Of a DNA stretch of 57,171 bases, positions 1 through 8,361 are shown in pieces (positions within the stretch are counted from its first letter, which is position 1; every line of letters begins with the position of its first letter). Position numbers and translations under genes: made by a program. The DNA is from an uncultured Clostridia bacterium (GTDB lineage Bacteria; Bacillota_I; Bacilli_A; RF39; UBA660). The stretch lies in NCBI GenBank assembly GCA_947643225.1, contig CANRVH010000004.1, positions 1-57,171 of the forward strand. The letters are read 5' to 3'. The notes beneath the pieces were generated by a model. The model was given only the letters and a program-made list of their open reading frames with translations. It did no database searches and had not been told where the DNA came from.

Positions 1-68
1 TATCAAAGGTCTTCCTTTTTGTATGCATTCCCCCAAACCATTATACACAATCAATTGAATAGCGAATA

Positions 69-97
69 TTGCATAATATTTGCTTTTTTGTTATAAT
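69..97 (+). promoter_or_regulatory. Candidate sigma-A promoter TTGCAT-17 nt-TATAAT
   Basis: TTGCAT lies at 69-74, followed by a 17-nt spacer and TATAAT at 92-97. This is about 27 nt upstream of the SD/ATG at 124. It was read by eye, and the AT-rich background makes chance -10 matches common. Confidence 0.4.
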
Positions 98-123
98 ATC
101 CAACATAAATGAGGGGGGTTAAT

Positions 124-1047
124 ATGGAAGAAATTAATAATAGTAGAGATTATAATAGATGGAGTAGAATGTACCCTTTAGTCAAAATTTATTATGATTA
201 TTATGGAAATTTAGATATTCAAAGTGATTTTAAGACAAAAAATGGTTACGAAAGAGATGATGATGGTGAATATGTTGGTGCTTGGATTAGGGATCTAAGA
301 ACATATTACAATGGGAAGGGCATTGTCTCTTTAGATAAGGACAAAATAGAAAAGTTAAATGCTATTGGAATGATCTGGGATGTTTATCAATATAGATGGA
401 ACAAGATGTATCTTTTAGCCAAAATTTATTATGACTATCATGGAGATTTAGATATTCCTAATGATTTTAAAACGAAAAATGGTTATGAAAGGGATGATGA
501 TGGTGTCTCTTTGGGGACATGGATTAGAGATTTGAGATCTGTTTATCATGGGAATAAAAATACTCTTTTAGATGAGGAAAGAATAAAAAAATTAAATGCT
601 ATTGGAATGATTTGGGATATTTATCAATATAGATGGAATAAAAAGTATCTTTTAGCAAAAGCTTTTTACGATCATAATAGTCATTTAGATATTAAGTCGA
701 AGTTTAAAACTTTAGATGGTTATACAGAAAATTCTAATGGAGTTAATATGGGGAATTTTATTCAGGTACAAAGAAAGCGATATTTAGGATTTTTAGAACC
801 AAATTTTTCGGATGAACAATTATTATTATTAGAGGATATAAGAATGCTTTGGTTTATTAAAAAAAATAAATTTTATCAAGAGGAGATCATTACAGATGAA
901 AATAAAAGTAGGAAGCAAATCGAGATTTATAATCGGCTTCGTTCTTATTTAAATAAATTTTCTCATAATAATGCTCTGTTTTGTAAAGAGGAACTTAATC
1001 AATGTTTTCTTCATGATTTAGAAGGAAAATATTTTGTAAAAAAATAA
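124..1047 (+). CDS. Protein built from three tandem helicase-associated (HA, PF03457-like) domain repeats
   Basis: The ORF track gives 109..1047. I moved the start to ATG 124, which follows a GAGGGGGG Shine-Dalgarno at 111-118. There are three 79-aa repeats, each with RW..(M/K)Y.L.K..YD..G.LDI...FKT..GY......G.W(I)RDLR....G....L......KLNAIGMIWD.YQY. This matches the W...Y..L..Y...G...VP......G..LG.W....R pattern of HA domains. Confidence 0.6.
   Translation: MEEINNSRDYNRWSRMYPLVKIYYDYYGNLDIQSDFKTKNGYERDDDGEYVGAWIRDLRTYYNGKGIVSLDKDKIEKLNAIGMIWDVYQYRWNKMYLLAKIYYDYHGDLDIPNDFKTKNGYERDDDGVSLGTWIRDLRSVYHGNKNTLLDEERIKKLNAIGMIWDIYQYRWNKKYLLAKAFYDHNSHLDIKSKFKTLDGYTENSNGVNMGNFIQVQRKRYLGFLEPNFSDEQLLLLEDIRMLWFIKKNKFYQEEIITDENKSRKQIEIYNRLRSYLNKFSHNNALFCKEELNQCFLHDLEGKYFVKK
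157..867 (+). repeat. In-frame tandem triplication, period 237 nt (79 aa)
   Basis: Units start at AGATGG (Arg-Trp) at 157, 394 and 631. Units 1 and 2 are also clearly similar at the DNA level, for example AATGGTTAYGAAAGRGATGATGATGGTG at 241 and 478. Unit 3 is more diverged. Confidence 0.8.
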
Positions 1048-1110
1048 AATGATTTAACTTTATTTGCTATCCGTATTAATTCATGTTATCCTTTTAAAGG
1101 GTGTGTAAAG

Positions 1111-1689
1111 ATGAAATTAACGAGTAAAAAAGCATTGGAGATGTTAGATGATGCTAGAGGGAAAACAAGGGATGATGGTTGGATTGATCATTCTATTTGT
1201 GTAGGGAATACTGCTGAAAGATTAGCAAAAGCTTTGGATTTAGATAGTGAAAAGGCCAAAACATTAGGATATATCCATGACATTGGAAAGCTTAATCATT
1301 TTTATTATCATGTTATAGAAGGGTATCATTATTTAAAGGATTTAGGATATGATATAGAATATTGTCGTATTTGTTTACTTCATTCATATTTAAATAATGA
1401 TATTTATTGTACTGCAGGTGGTTTTCCTAAGGATGTGCCTATTATTACTAATTTTATTAAAAATCATCCTTATACCATTTATGAGAAAATTATTAATTTA
1501 TGTGATTTGATGTGTACTTCTGTTACTGTTACTCTTGATAAAAGACTTATTGATGTTATTAGTAGAAGAGGGGCTTATGAAAATACTCAATATCATGTTA
1601 GAGAAGCTTATAAATTAAAACAATATTTTGATGATTTACTTGGTTATGATTTATATAATTTATTTCCTGAGATTAAGGATCATTTATAG
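1111..1689 (+). CDS. HD-domain phosphohydrolase
   Basis: H...HD metal-binding signature in ..WIDHSICVGNTAERLAKAL..(x)..LGYIHDIGK. GGGTG-type SD lies upstream of the ATG. Confidence 0.7.
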   Translation: MKLTSKKALEMLDDARGKTRDDGWIDHSICVGNTAERLAKALDLDSEKAKTLGYIHDIGKLNHFYYHVIEGYHYLKDLGYDIEYCRICLLHSYLNNDIYCTAGGFPKDVPIITNFIKNHPYTIYEKIINLCDLMCTSVTVTLDKRLIDVISRRGAYENTQYHVREAYKLKQYFDDLLGYDLYNLFPEIKDHL

Positions 1690-1772
1690 TAGTGGAAGTA
1701 GTATAGTAAAATTAGTATGTCTAATAAAGCATATTTTTAGATGCCATGTTATAAGATATTATAGGTGATATA

Positions 1773-2855
1773 ATGCATAAAAAATATGATAAAATACTTT
1801 TTATCTCAGTGCTTATTTTATTAGCTTTTGGTCTTGTCATGATTTACTCAGCTTCTAGTATTTGGGCAGAATATAAATTTCATGATAGTTTTCGATATAT
1901 TAAACAACAAGCTTTATTTATTGTAGTTGGGCTTATTTTGATTAGAATGATTATGAATATTGACTATAATAAATATTATGAGAAAGCAAATATCATTCTA
2001 GGTATTTGTTTTTTACTTCTTATTTTAGTTTTGATTCCAGGTATTGGTACCATTCGAAATGGTAGTAGAAGTTGGTTTGGTATAGGACCATTTGGTGTTC
2101 AACCTAGTGAGTTTGCTAAACTTGGATTAATTATTTTTACGAGTAAGTATTTATCAAATAGTAATAAATTTTTAAAAAGTTATAAAAAGGGTGTCTTTCC
2201 GATTCTTGGTGTGATGCTTATATTTTTTGGTTTAATTATGTTACAACCTGATCTAGGGACGGGGTTAGTTTTGGCAATGACAATTGTTTCTTTATTGTTT
2301 ATTGCTGGTGTTAATATGAAGTTTTTCTTTGGTGTTGGTATATTAGGAATTATTGGGGTTATTGTTTTAATTATTATTGCTCCTTATCGAATGGATCGTA
2401 TTACAGCATTCGTTGATCCTTGGAAGGATCCTTTAGGAACGGGGTTTCAAATTATTCAATCTTTGTATGCTATTGGTCCTGGGGGACTTCTTGGGAGAGG
2501 TTATTTAAAAAGTATCCAAAAACAGTTTTATTTACCAGAACCACAGACTGATTTTATTTTTTCTATTATTACTGAAGAGTTCGGAATAGTGGGTGCTTTT
2601 ATTGTGGTAGGATTGTTTGTTTTGGTTTTAGTTAGAGGAATTAAGATTTCTTTAGATGCTAAAGATTCTTTTTCTAAATATTTGGCTTTTGGTATGACCT
2701 TTCAAATTATTTTTCAGGCTATTATGAATTTAATGGTTGTTGTTGGATTAATTCCTGTTACAGGTGTTACTCTTCCATTTATTAGTTATGGGGGAAGTAG
2801 TTTATTAATTACTTTGGTATCTATCGGAATTCTTCTTAATATTAGTAAAAGATAA
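1773..2855 (+). CDS. ftsW: SEDS-family peptidoglycan polymerase FtsW/RodA/SpoVE
   Basis: 360 aa with about 10 TM helices and typical SEDS motifs (SRSWF.IGPF.VQPSEFAKL, QPDLGT, PEP.TDFIFS...EE.G, LP.ISYGGSS). FtsW versus RodA cannot be distinguished from sequence alone. Confidence 0.8.
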   Translation: MHKKYDKILFISVLILLAFGLVMIYSASSIWAEYKFHDSFRYIKQQALFIVVGLILIRMIMNIDYNKYYEKANIILGICFLLLILVLIPGIGTIRNGSRSWFGIGPFGVQPSEFAKLGLIIFTSKYLSNSNKFLKSYKKGVFPILGVMLIFFGLIMLQPDLGTGLVLAMTIVSLLFIAGVNMKFFFGVGILGIIGVIVLIIIAPYRMDRITAFVDPWKDPLGTGFQIIQSLYAIGPGGLLGRGYLKSIQKQFYLPEPQTDFIFSIITEEFGIVGAFIVVGLFVLVLVRGIKISLDAKDSFSKYLAFGMTFQIIFQAIMNLMVVVGLIPVTGVTLPFISYGGSSLLITLVSIGILLNISKR

Positions 2856-2969
2856 AGTATATTTAGGGAACAATTTTAAATCTTTAAATTTGATTGAGTT
2901 TATTATTAATATTTTAGTCGTTAAAAATATCAATAGGTGTTAAAATAAATCATAATTTGAATGATTTAG

Positions 2970-3905
2970 ATGGATATTATGGAGTATGCATTTGTTACTA
3001 TTAATATTATATTTATTCAAAGGATGGGATGTAATATTGTTTTTGTATTAATTAATAGATTATTTAAAGTTTATATCAGTAATTCTAGTAATAAAGGTGT
3101 AGAATATAGAAAAGTTTTATTTTATACATTGGAGGAATATGGTGGCATATATGTTAAGTTTTTACAAGTGTTACCTTTAGAAGAAATTTATGAAGAGTGG
3201 TCTACCTCTAGAGGATATGATGTATTTCACCATGTTAAGGAAGAGTATATGGCTATTACATCTGATTTTGTTTATGGGATCTCATTCTGGAAATATTATT
3301 TTTCTACCAAGTAATTAAATTGCACTTATAGATTTTGGAATTATTACACTAAAACCGATTTCACAAAAAGCGTTTTATTTTTGAGTGATAATCTTAATTA
3401 TGAATAATTTTTTGGAAATACATTGATGTACTTTTGTCCAAATATGATTAATGCAATTGGTAAGTTTGATTTAGATCATATTTTAATAAATCTTGTTAGG
3501 GTACTTGAAATCAAATTGAGTAGTGAGGTTTGTAAAGATGAATTAGCTTTCAGTTATTTAAATCAAGATTATTTATTTAAAATAGTTACTGAATACTTAA
3601 ATGCTGAGAGAATATTGAATTTTGAAATTGATATGAGAAATTTTAAATTGATTAAAGCAATGCAGGCATTCCTTGGTTCAATAACTACATTGGGGGATCA
3701 GTTCTGTGATTTTAATTTTTTGAGTTTAATGAAGGAAAGTATTCAATATTCTTTAAATTATGTAGAAAAGGTAGGAATAAATCAAGATTATAGTTATAAT
3801 ACAAAATATAATTTAAGTGAATTTTACGAAATCCTTTTGGAAATGTTTACTAATCTTGCAAATAAAGATCAATTATTATTTAATCGTTTTGTGGAGGGGA
3901 TGTAG
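2970..3905 (+). pseudogene. Decayed ABC1/UbiB-family atypical kinase gene
   Basis: Frame 0 (2970-3314) carries LEEYGGIYVKFLQVL, resembling the family motif LEELGPTFIKLGQ.LS. The kinase-core-like string GSHSGNIIFLPSN*IALIDFG (resembling H.D.HPGN....I.LIDFG) sits in frame +1 at 3277-3339 and contains an in-frame TAA at 3316-3318. Frame 0 resumes at 3423-3905. The spacing between the two motifs is much shorter than in intact family members. Confidence 0.5.
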
Positions 3906-3908
3906 GTT

Positions 3909-4103
3909 ATGCAAAATAATAAATTTTTAAAAAGCATTTTAATTCACATTAAATATCCATATACAGCTTTGATTATTGCGACAATGTGGATATCTATAGC
4001 AATAATCATTATAGAACAAAATGTTAATATAGATTTATTGTTAATTTGTACTACTGTTTGTACAGTAATTATTTCATTTTTAGGTTTTAGGAGTTCTAAA
4101 TAG
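3909..4103 (+). CDS. Small two-TM membrane protein, unknown function
   Basis: 64 aa with two hydrophobic helices. It starts 4 nt after the preceding ORF, and GGAGGGG lies upstream. Confidence 0.45.
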   Translation: MQNNKFLKSILIHIKYPYTALIIATMWISIAIIIIEQNVNIDLLLICTTVCTVIISFLGFRSSK

Positions 4104-4318
4104 AAGGATGTAGAAATAGTAAATTTTAATAAAACATGTAATTAATTAAAACTATGATTATTAAGGAAATTTCAAGAAAAAAATTTTGAGCGATCAAACT
4201 GTTTTTCATTAAAATTTTAGTAGTAGGCTATTTTTTCTTTTTATTCGTAGATTTAAACAAGCGAGTGTTGTTTTTTTTAAAAATTAACGTTATAATTATG
4301 TTAGGTATTGGTGATAGA

Positions 4319-5200
4319 ATGAATTATAAAAAATATGAAAGTGGCGAAAAAATATGTTCAAGAGAAGAGTATTTTGTTTTTCAAGAGGCTAAAATTTTGT
4401 CATTAATTGATGATGGGAAAATTTCTTTAGCTAGAAAGATTGTTATGGAAAATTTAAGTATCTATCCAAATGAGGTTAGGTTTTTAAAAATATTATCTAT
4501 TCTTAATGTTAGACAGAAGAATTATTTAGAAGCGATTAATATTTTAGAAGGTATAGATGGGGATTTTGATCATCATCTTTTAGATTTACTTTATGTAAAA
4601 GTCCATGATCAACAGAAAATGAAAGAAGTTTATCAAAAATATTACTCAGGTGCTTTTTTTTCAGACCAAGATGTTTATCAATATAATGATGCTCAATTTT
4701 TAGATTATCAAGTTCATCTTTATTTCAAAAAAATATATGATAATTGTTTTGTTTTGGATTGGGGGAAATTAGTTTATATCTGTAAACAACTCTATTCTTA
4801 TGATAATAGATTAGCAGTGGGGCATATTGAAGTTCATCATCAAGATAAAAAGGAAGTTAATAAAGGAATTTTTGATCCTGCTATTTCTATTTATACATTA
4901 TTTCGTCAGGTGCAAAGATATATTAATCTTAATATGGATAGAGGATTGTTTGATGGAACTATGTTTGATCGGTATTGTTTTTATTATCCAAATTGTGGAA
5001 GAAACCGAAAGGATAAGGAGACTAATTATTTTGAGGTAGTTTCTTTAGTTAATACTTCTCATATTATTACTATGTATCCTATGTCTTCTCAAGGATATAG
5101 ATATTATGATCTTTGTTATTTAGATGATATAAATAGTAAAAGTTTAGTAAAAGTCAAAAATGGTTTAGAACGTTTTCAAGGTAGATATGGTAATCATTAA
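4319..5200 (+). CDS. Hypothetical protein (helical, TPR-like N-terminal part)
   Basis: The ORF track gives 4265..5200. The hydrophobic GTG-initiated extension looks spurious, so ATG 4319 (MNYKKYESG) is preferred. No recognisable catalytic motif. Confidence 0.5.
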   Translation: MNYKKYESGEKICSREEYFVFQEAKILSLIDDGKISLARKIVMENLSIYPNEVRFLKILSILNVRQKNYLEAINILEGIDGDFDHHLLDLLYVKVHDQQKMKEVYQKYYSGAFFSDQDVYQYNDAQFLDYQVHLYFKKIYDNCFVLDWGKLVYICKQLYSYDNRLAVGHIEVHHQDKKEVNKGIFDPAISIYTLFRQVQRYINLNMDRGLFDGTMFDRYCFYYPNCGRNRKDKETNYFEVVSLVNTSHIITMYPMSSQGYRYYDLCYLDDINSKSLVKVKNGLERFQGRYGNH

Positions 5201-5240
5201 TTTTTTTAGGGTTATTGTTAATAGTATGTAAAATCAAATC

Positions 5241-5273
5241 AAAAGGCGAGAGTTATTATTCTACTCGCCTTTT
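5241..5273. terminator. Bidirectional rho-independent terminator between convergent genes
   Basis: AAAAGGCGAG (5241-5250) pairs with CTCGCCTTTT (5264-5273), with a 13-nt loop. There is an A-run on one side and a T-run on the other. Confidence 0.75.
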
Positions 5274-5278
5274 GATCA

Positions 5279-5941
5279 TTATTTTGTTTTCATTTTTACT
5301 TTAATTGTTGGATTTTGTCTTTCTTTCTTGTCCCAGTTTATTTGTTCTTGCTTAAATTCCATTAAATTGATTGCATTAGCTAGAGAAAATAGAATTTCAG
5401 CATGTAAGTTAAATTCAGTCCATAGTTGACCATTTTTTAATCTTTTTAATTCTTGAAATTTAGGATTTTCTTTAGAAAGAGAAAGTTGAGAAAGGAGATT
5501 AATTATTTCTAATTTGTATTTTTTAAGTACTATAGAATTATAGGTATAATCATTAATTTTTCCAGCTCCTAGAGTACTATTGTAAATTGGTTTCCATTGT
5601 TTTTCAAATGGACAAAGGCAATCGGAATAAATTTTTAGCACTTTTTTTCTAAAATTTAGTGTATCTAAGTTTTCTAGTGCATTGGCTAGAGAAATTAGCA
5701 TATTAGTATATAAACTTAAAATGTTATGTTGTTCATTTTTTAATTGATTCATTAATTTAGTAATTTCTTCTCTATAACTTTCAAGTTCTTGGGGATTAAA
5801 GTCTAGTTCCTTGTTTCCTTCCTTTTTGATAATAGTTTTGGTATCTTTATTAATCATTTTATGTGTTTTTTTATGACACTTAAAATAAATTTCTAATATT
5901 TTTTTTTCAATTTTTAGTTCTTCTAGTCCGATTTTATCCAT
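5279..5941 (-). CDS. Hypothetical coiled-coil-type protein
   Basis: 220-aa ORF that is K/E/N-rich, with an internal echo (ISLANALENL / FSLANAINLM). GGGGGAA SD lies upstream of the ATG. Confidence 0.55.
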   Translation of the reverse strand: MDKIGLEELKIEKKILEIYFKCHKKTHKMINKDTKTIIKKEGNKELDFNPQELESYREEITKLMNQLKNEQHNILSLYTNMLISLANALENLDTLNFRKKVLKIYSDCLCPFEKQWKPIYNSTLGAGKINDYTYNSIVLKKYKLEIINLLSQLSLSKENPKFQELKRLKNGQLWTEFNLHAEILFSLANAINLMEFKQEQINWDKKERQNPTIKVKMKTK

Positions 5942-6085
5942 TAGGAGTTCCCCCTTTAAGTGAGTATAATTATATCATAAAATAGAAAAAAATTCAACTT
6001 TTTCTTTTCTTTTAATTTGTAAGTGATATAATAGTGAATACTTAAGTTATATGTTAATAACATATGTTGTAATTGGGAGGTTCGA

Positions 6086-6610
6086 ATGAATATAGATGAT
6101 TATAATGCAGTTTTAGAAAAAATTGTTTCTGATGATTGTAAGAGAATTATGAATGAAATATTAGAATTATATCGTAAAAGGGTAGAGGTTAATAAGAGTT
6201 TTTATCAACTAGTAAGAGAGAAAATTAATCCTAAATATTTTTATCTTTTGGAGGATTATTATACTAATATTACTAATTTTATTCCCGAAGATTTATATAT
6301 TTGTCCTAATGGAAAGTGGGCTTTAGTTACAGGAGAAGAATTTGATGAAATTTTATTAGAAGAAAAGTATTTAGTTGATTTTTCTAAAAAAGGAATATCA
6401 AAAGTAATTGATTTAATTATTAATGATCTTATCAATAGTAATAGTAATGATTTTTTTGATGTTGTTAATAAATATATTAAACCATTATATGAAAAGGATA
6501 ATCAAATTAATCATTCAAGATATATTGTTGATGAAATATATCGTGGGTTAAAAAAAAGAGGCTATATTATTGAGAGTATTAGTCCTTTAATAATTAAACC
6601 ACTTAATTAG
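6086..6610 (+). CDS. Hypothetical protein
   Basis: 174-aa ORF with GGGAGG SD 7 nt upstream. No recognisable motif. Confidence 0.55.
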   Translation: MNIDDYNAVLEKIVSDDCKRIMNEILELYRKRVEVNKSFYQLVREKINPKYFYLLEDYYTNITNFIPEDLYICPNGKWALVTGEEFDEILLEEKYLVDFSKKGISKVIDLIINDLINSNSNDFFDVVNKYIKPLYEKDNQINHSRYIVDEIYRGLKKRGYIIESISPLIIKPLN

Positions 6611-6874
6611 TTATTGTTTTATGTACATATCAACTCTAGTTGGTAACTTTTTTGCTTTTAATGCTGTTTTTTCTTCAAATAATAGTTTGGTTTCTATTCC
6701 AAATGATTTTGCTATTGTATCAATATTTTTACAAGTCAGATTTGCATCATCTGTTTCAATAACACTAATGTATGCCATTTTAAATTTTGTCTTTTCAGCA
6801 TATTGTTCTTGAGTAAGGCCTCTTTGGTATCTATGCCATTTGGTATTAAGCCCTACTAACTGCATTGCATTCAT
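6611..6874 (-). CDS. XRE-family helix-turn-helix transcriptional regulator
   Basis: 87 aa with LTQEQYAEKTKFKMAYISVIE......N.DTIAKSFGIE, a classic HTH_3 pattern. GGAGGTGAA SD lies upstream. Confidence 0.75.
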   Translation of the reverse strand: MNAMQLVGLNTKWHRYQRGLTQEQYAEKTKFKMAYISVIETDDANLTCKNIDTIAKSFGIETKLLFEEKTALKAKKLPTRVDMYIKQ

Positions 6875-7105
6875 TTACTTCACCTCCAAGCTTTAGATAA
6901 AACTTGTTAAATTAAACCTTATCCATAAATAAATTATAAAATTACAATAATACAAACTTAATACCATTAAAAATTATTAAGTTTTAAATTAATAATCGTT
7001 CTTGTTGATATTTTATACTTTTATGAATTAAAGTTATAATCTTATTATAAGATAGTTCTAATTTAAGTGTGATTGGTTAACTGATAATTTACTATTCTTA
7101 AAATG

Positions 7106-7114
7106 TGGTATACT
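7106..7114 (+). promoter_or_regulatory. Extended -10 element TGgTATACT
   Basis: TGGTATACT lies 21 nt upstream of ATG 7135. The same 13-mer GTGGTATACTAAT recurs upstream of deoD (43344-43356). Confidence 0.4.
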
Positions 7115-7134
7115 AATTAATAGGAAGTGATAAT

Positions 7135-8361
7135 ATGGCTAGAGTGATAATTATTGGTGGTGGAGCGAGTGGATTAGTTTCTGCTATAATAGCAAGAAAG
7201 AAGAATCATGATGTTCTTATTTTAGAGAGAAATTCTATTTGCGGGAAAAAGATTTTATCAACTGGTAATGGGAGATGTAATTATTTTAATGATGATCAGA
7301 ATATTAAACATTATCATAGTTGTGATGAGGATTTCCTTTCTAGGATTATTACAGATCAGAGAATAGAAGAAGTATTAACTTTTTTTCACCAGCTTGGTAT
7401 TATTCCTAAAATTAAGGAGGGGTATTATTATCCTTATTCTAATCAAGCGATTAGTATTCAAAATACTTTAGTTGAAGAAGCTAAACGATTGGGGGTACAA
7501 ATTGTGTATGATACCTTTGTCTCTTTGATAAAAAAAGATTTGTCTGGTTATATTATTGAAACAGTTAATGAAACTTTTCAAGCAGATCGTGTTATTTTAG
7601 CAACAGGTGGAATGGCTAATCCTAAACTGGGAAATGATGGAAAAGGATATTCTTTAGCAGAAAGTTTAGGTCATACAGTGATTAAACCTTTGCCAGCTTT
7701 AGTGCAATTAAATACAACAGGTCGTTTTTTAAAGGAGTGGTCTGGAATACGAGCTGATGTTAAAATTAAACTTTGTCAAGATGATCAATTCGTTCAAGAA
7801 GAAAGTGGGGAAATCTTATTAACTAATTATGGTGTAAGTGGAATTTGTGTGATGCAATTGAGTGGATTTGTTGCTAGGGGGTTAGATGAGGGAAAAAGAG
7901 AACAGTTAGTGATTAATTTTCTTCCTCAGTTTGCAAGTAATAGACAGGAATTTATCCAATTTATGGATGATCGTAATCAACTTCTTTCTAATAGAAATAT
8001 TTCTCAGTTATTAGATAGTATTTTAAATTATAAGTTGGTTCATGTGTTGATTAAAAGCGCTAGTCTTGCTGGTTCTATAAGATGGGATCAATTAACGATC
8101 AGAGAAAAGTCTATTTTGGCTAGTTGTTTTGTAGAATTTAGGTTAGATGTTATTAGTACAAATTCTTTTCAAAAGGCACAAGTAACAAGTGGAGGAATTC
8201 CTCTTTCAGAAATTGATATGGAAACAATGGAATCTAAAATTGTTGATGATCTTTATTTTGCAGGGGAAATATTAGATGTTAATGGAGATTGTGGGGGTTA
8301 TAATTTAACCTTTGCATGGATTAGTGGATTAGTTGCGGGAAGAGTTGGTGAAAATGCTTAG
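7135..8361 (+). CDS. HI0933/BaiN-family NAD(P)/FAD-dependent oxidoreductase
   Basis: IIIGGGASGL dinucleotide fold, the GNGRCN motif, and C-terminal TSGG(I).L.EI......S.....LYF.GE.LD..G.CGGYN. Confidence 0.8.
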   Translation: MARVIIIGGGASGLVSAIIARKKNHDVLILERNSICGKKILSTGNGRCNYFNDDQNIKHYHSCDEDFLSRIITDQRIEEVLTFFHQLGIIPKIKEGYYYPYSNQAISIQNTLVEEAKRLGVQIVYDTFVSLIKKDLSGYIIETVNETFQADRVILATGGMANPKLGNDGKGYSLAESLGHTVIKPLPALVQLNTTGRFLKEWSGIRADVKIKLCQDDQFVQEESGEILLTNYGVSGICVMQLSGFVARGLDEGKREQLVINFLPQFASNRQEFIQFMDDRNQLLSNRNISQLLDSILNYKLVHVLIKSASLAGSIRWDQLTIREKSILASCFVEFRLDVISTNSFQKAQVTSGGIPLSEIDMETMESKIVDDLYFAGEILDVNGDCGGYNLTFAWISGLVAGRVGENA

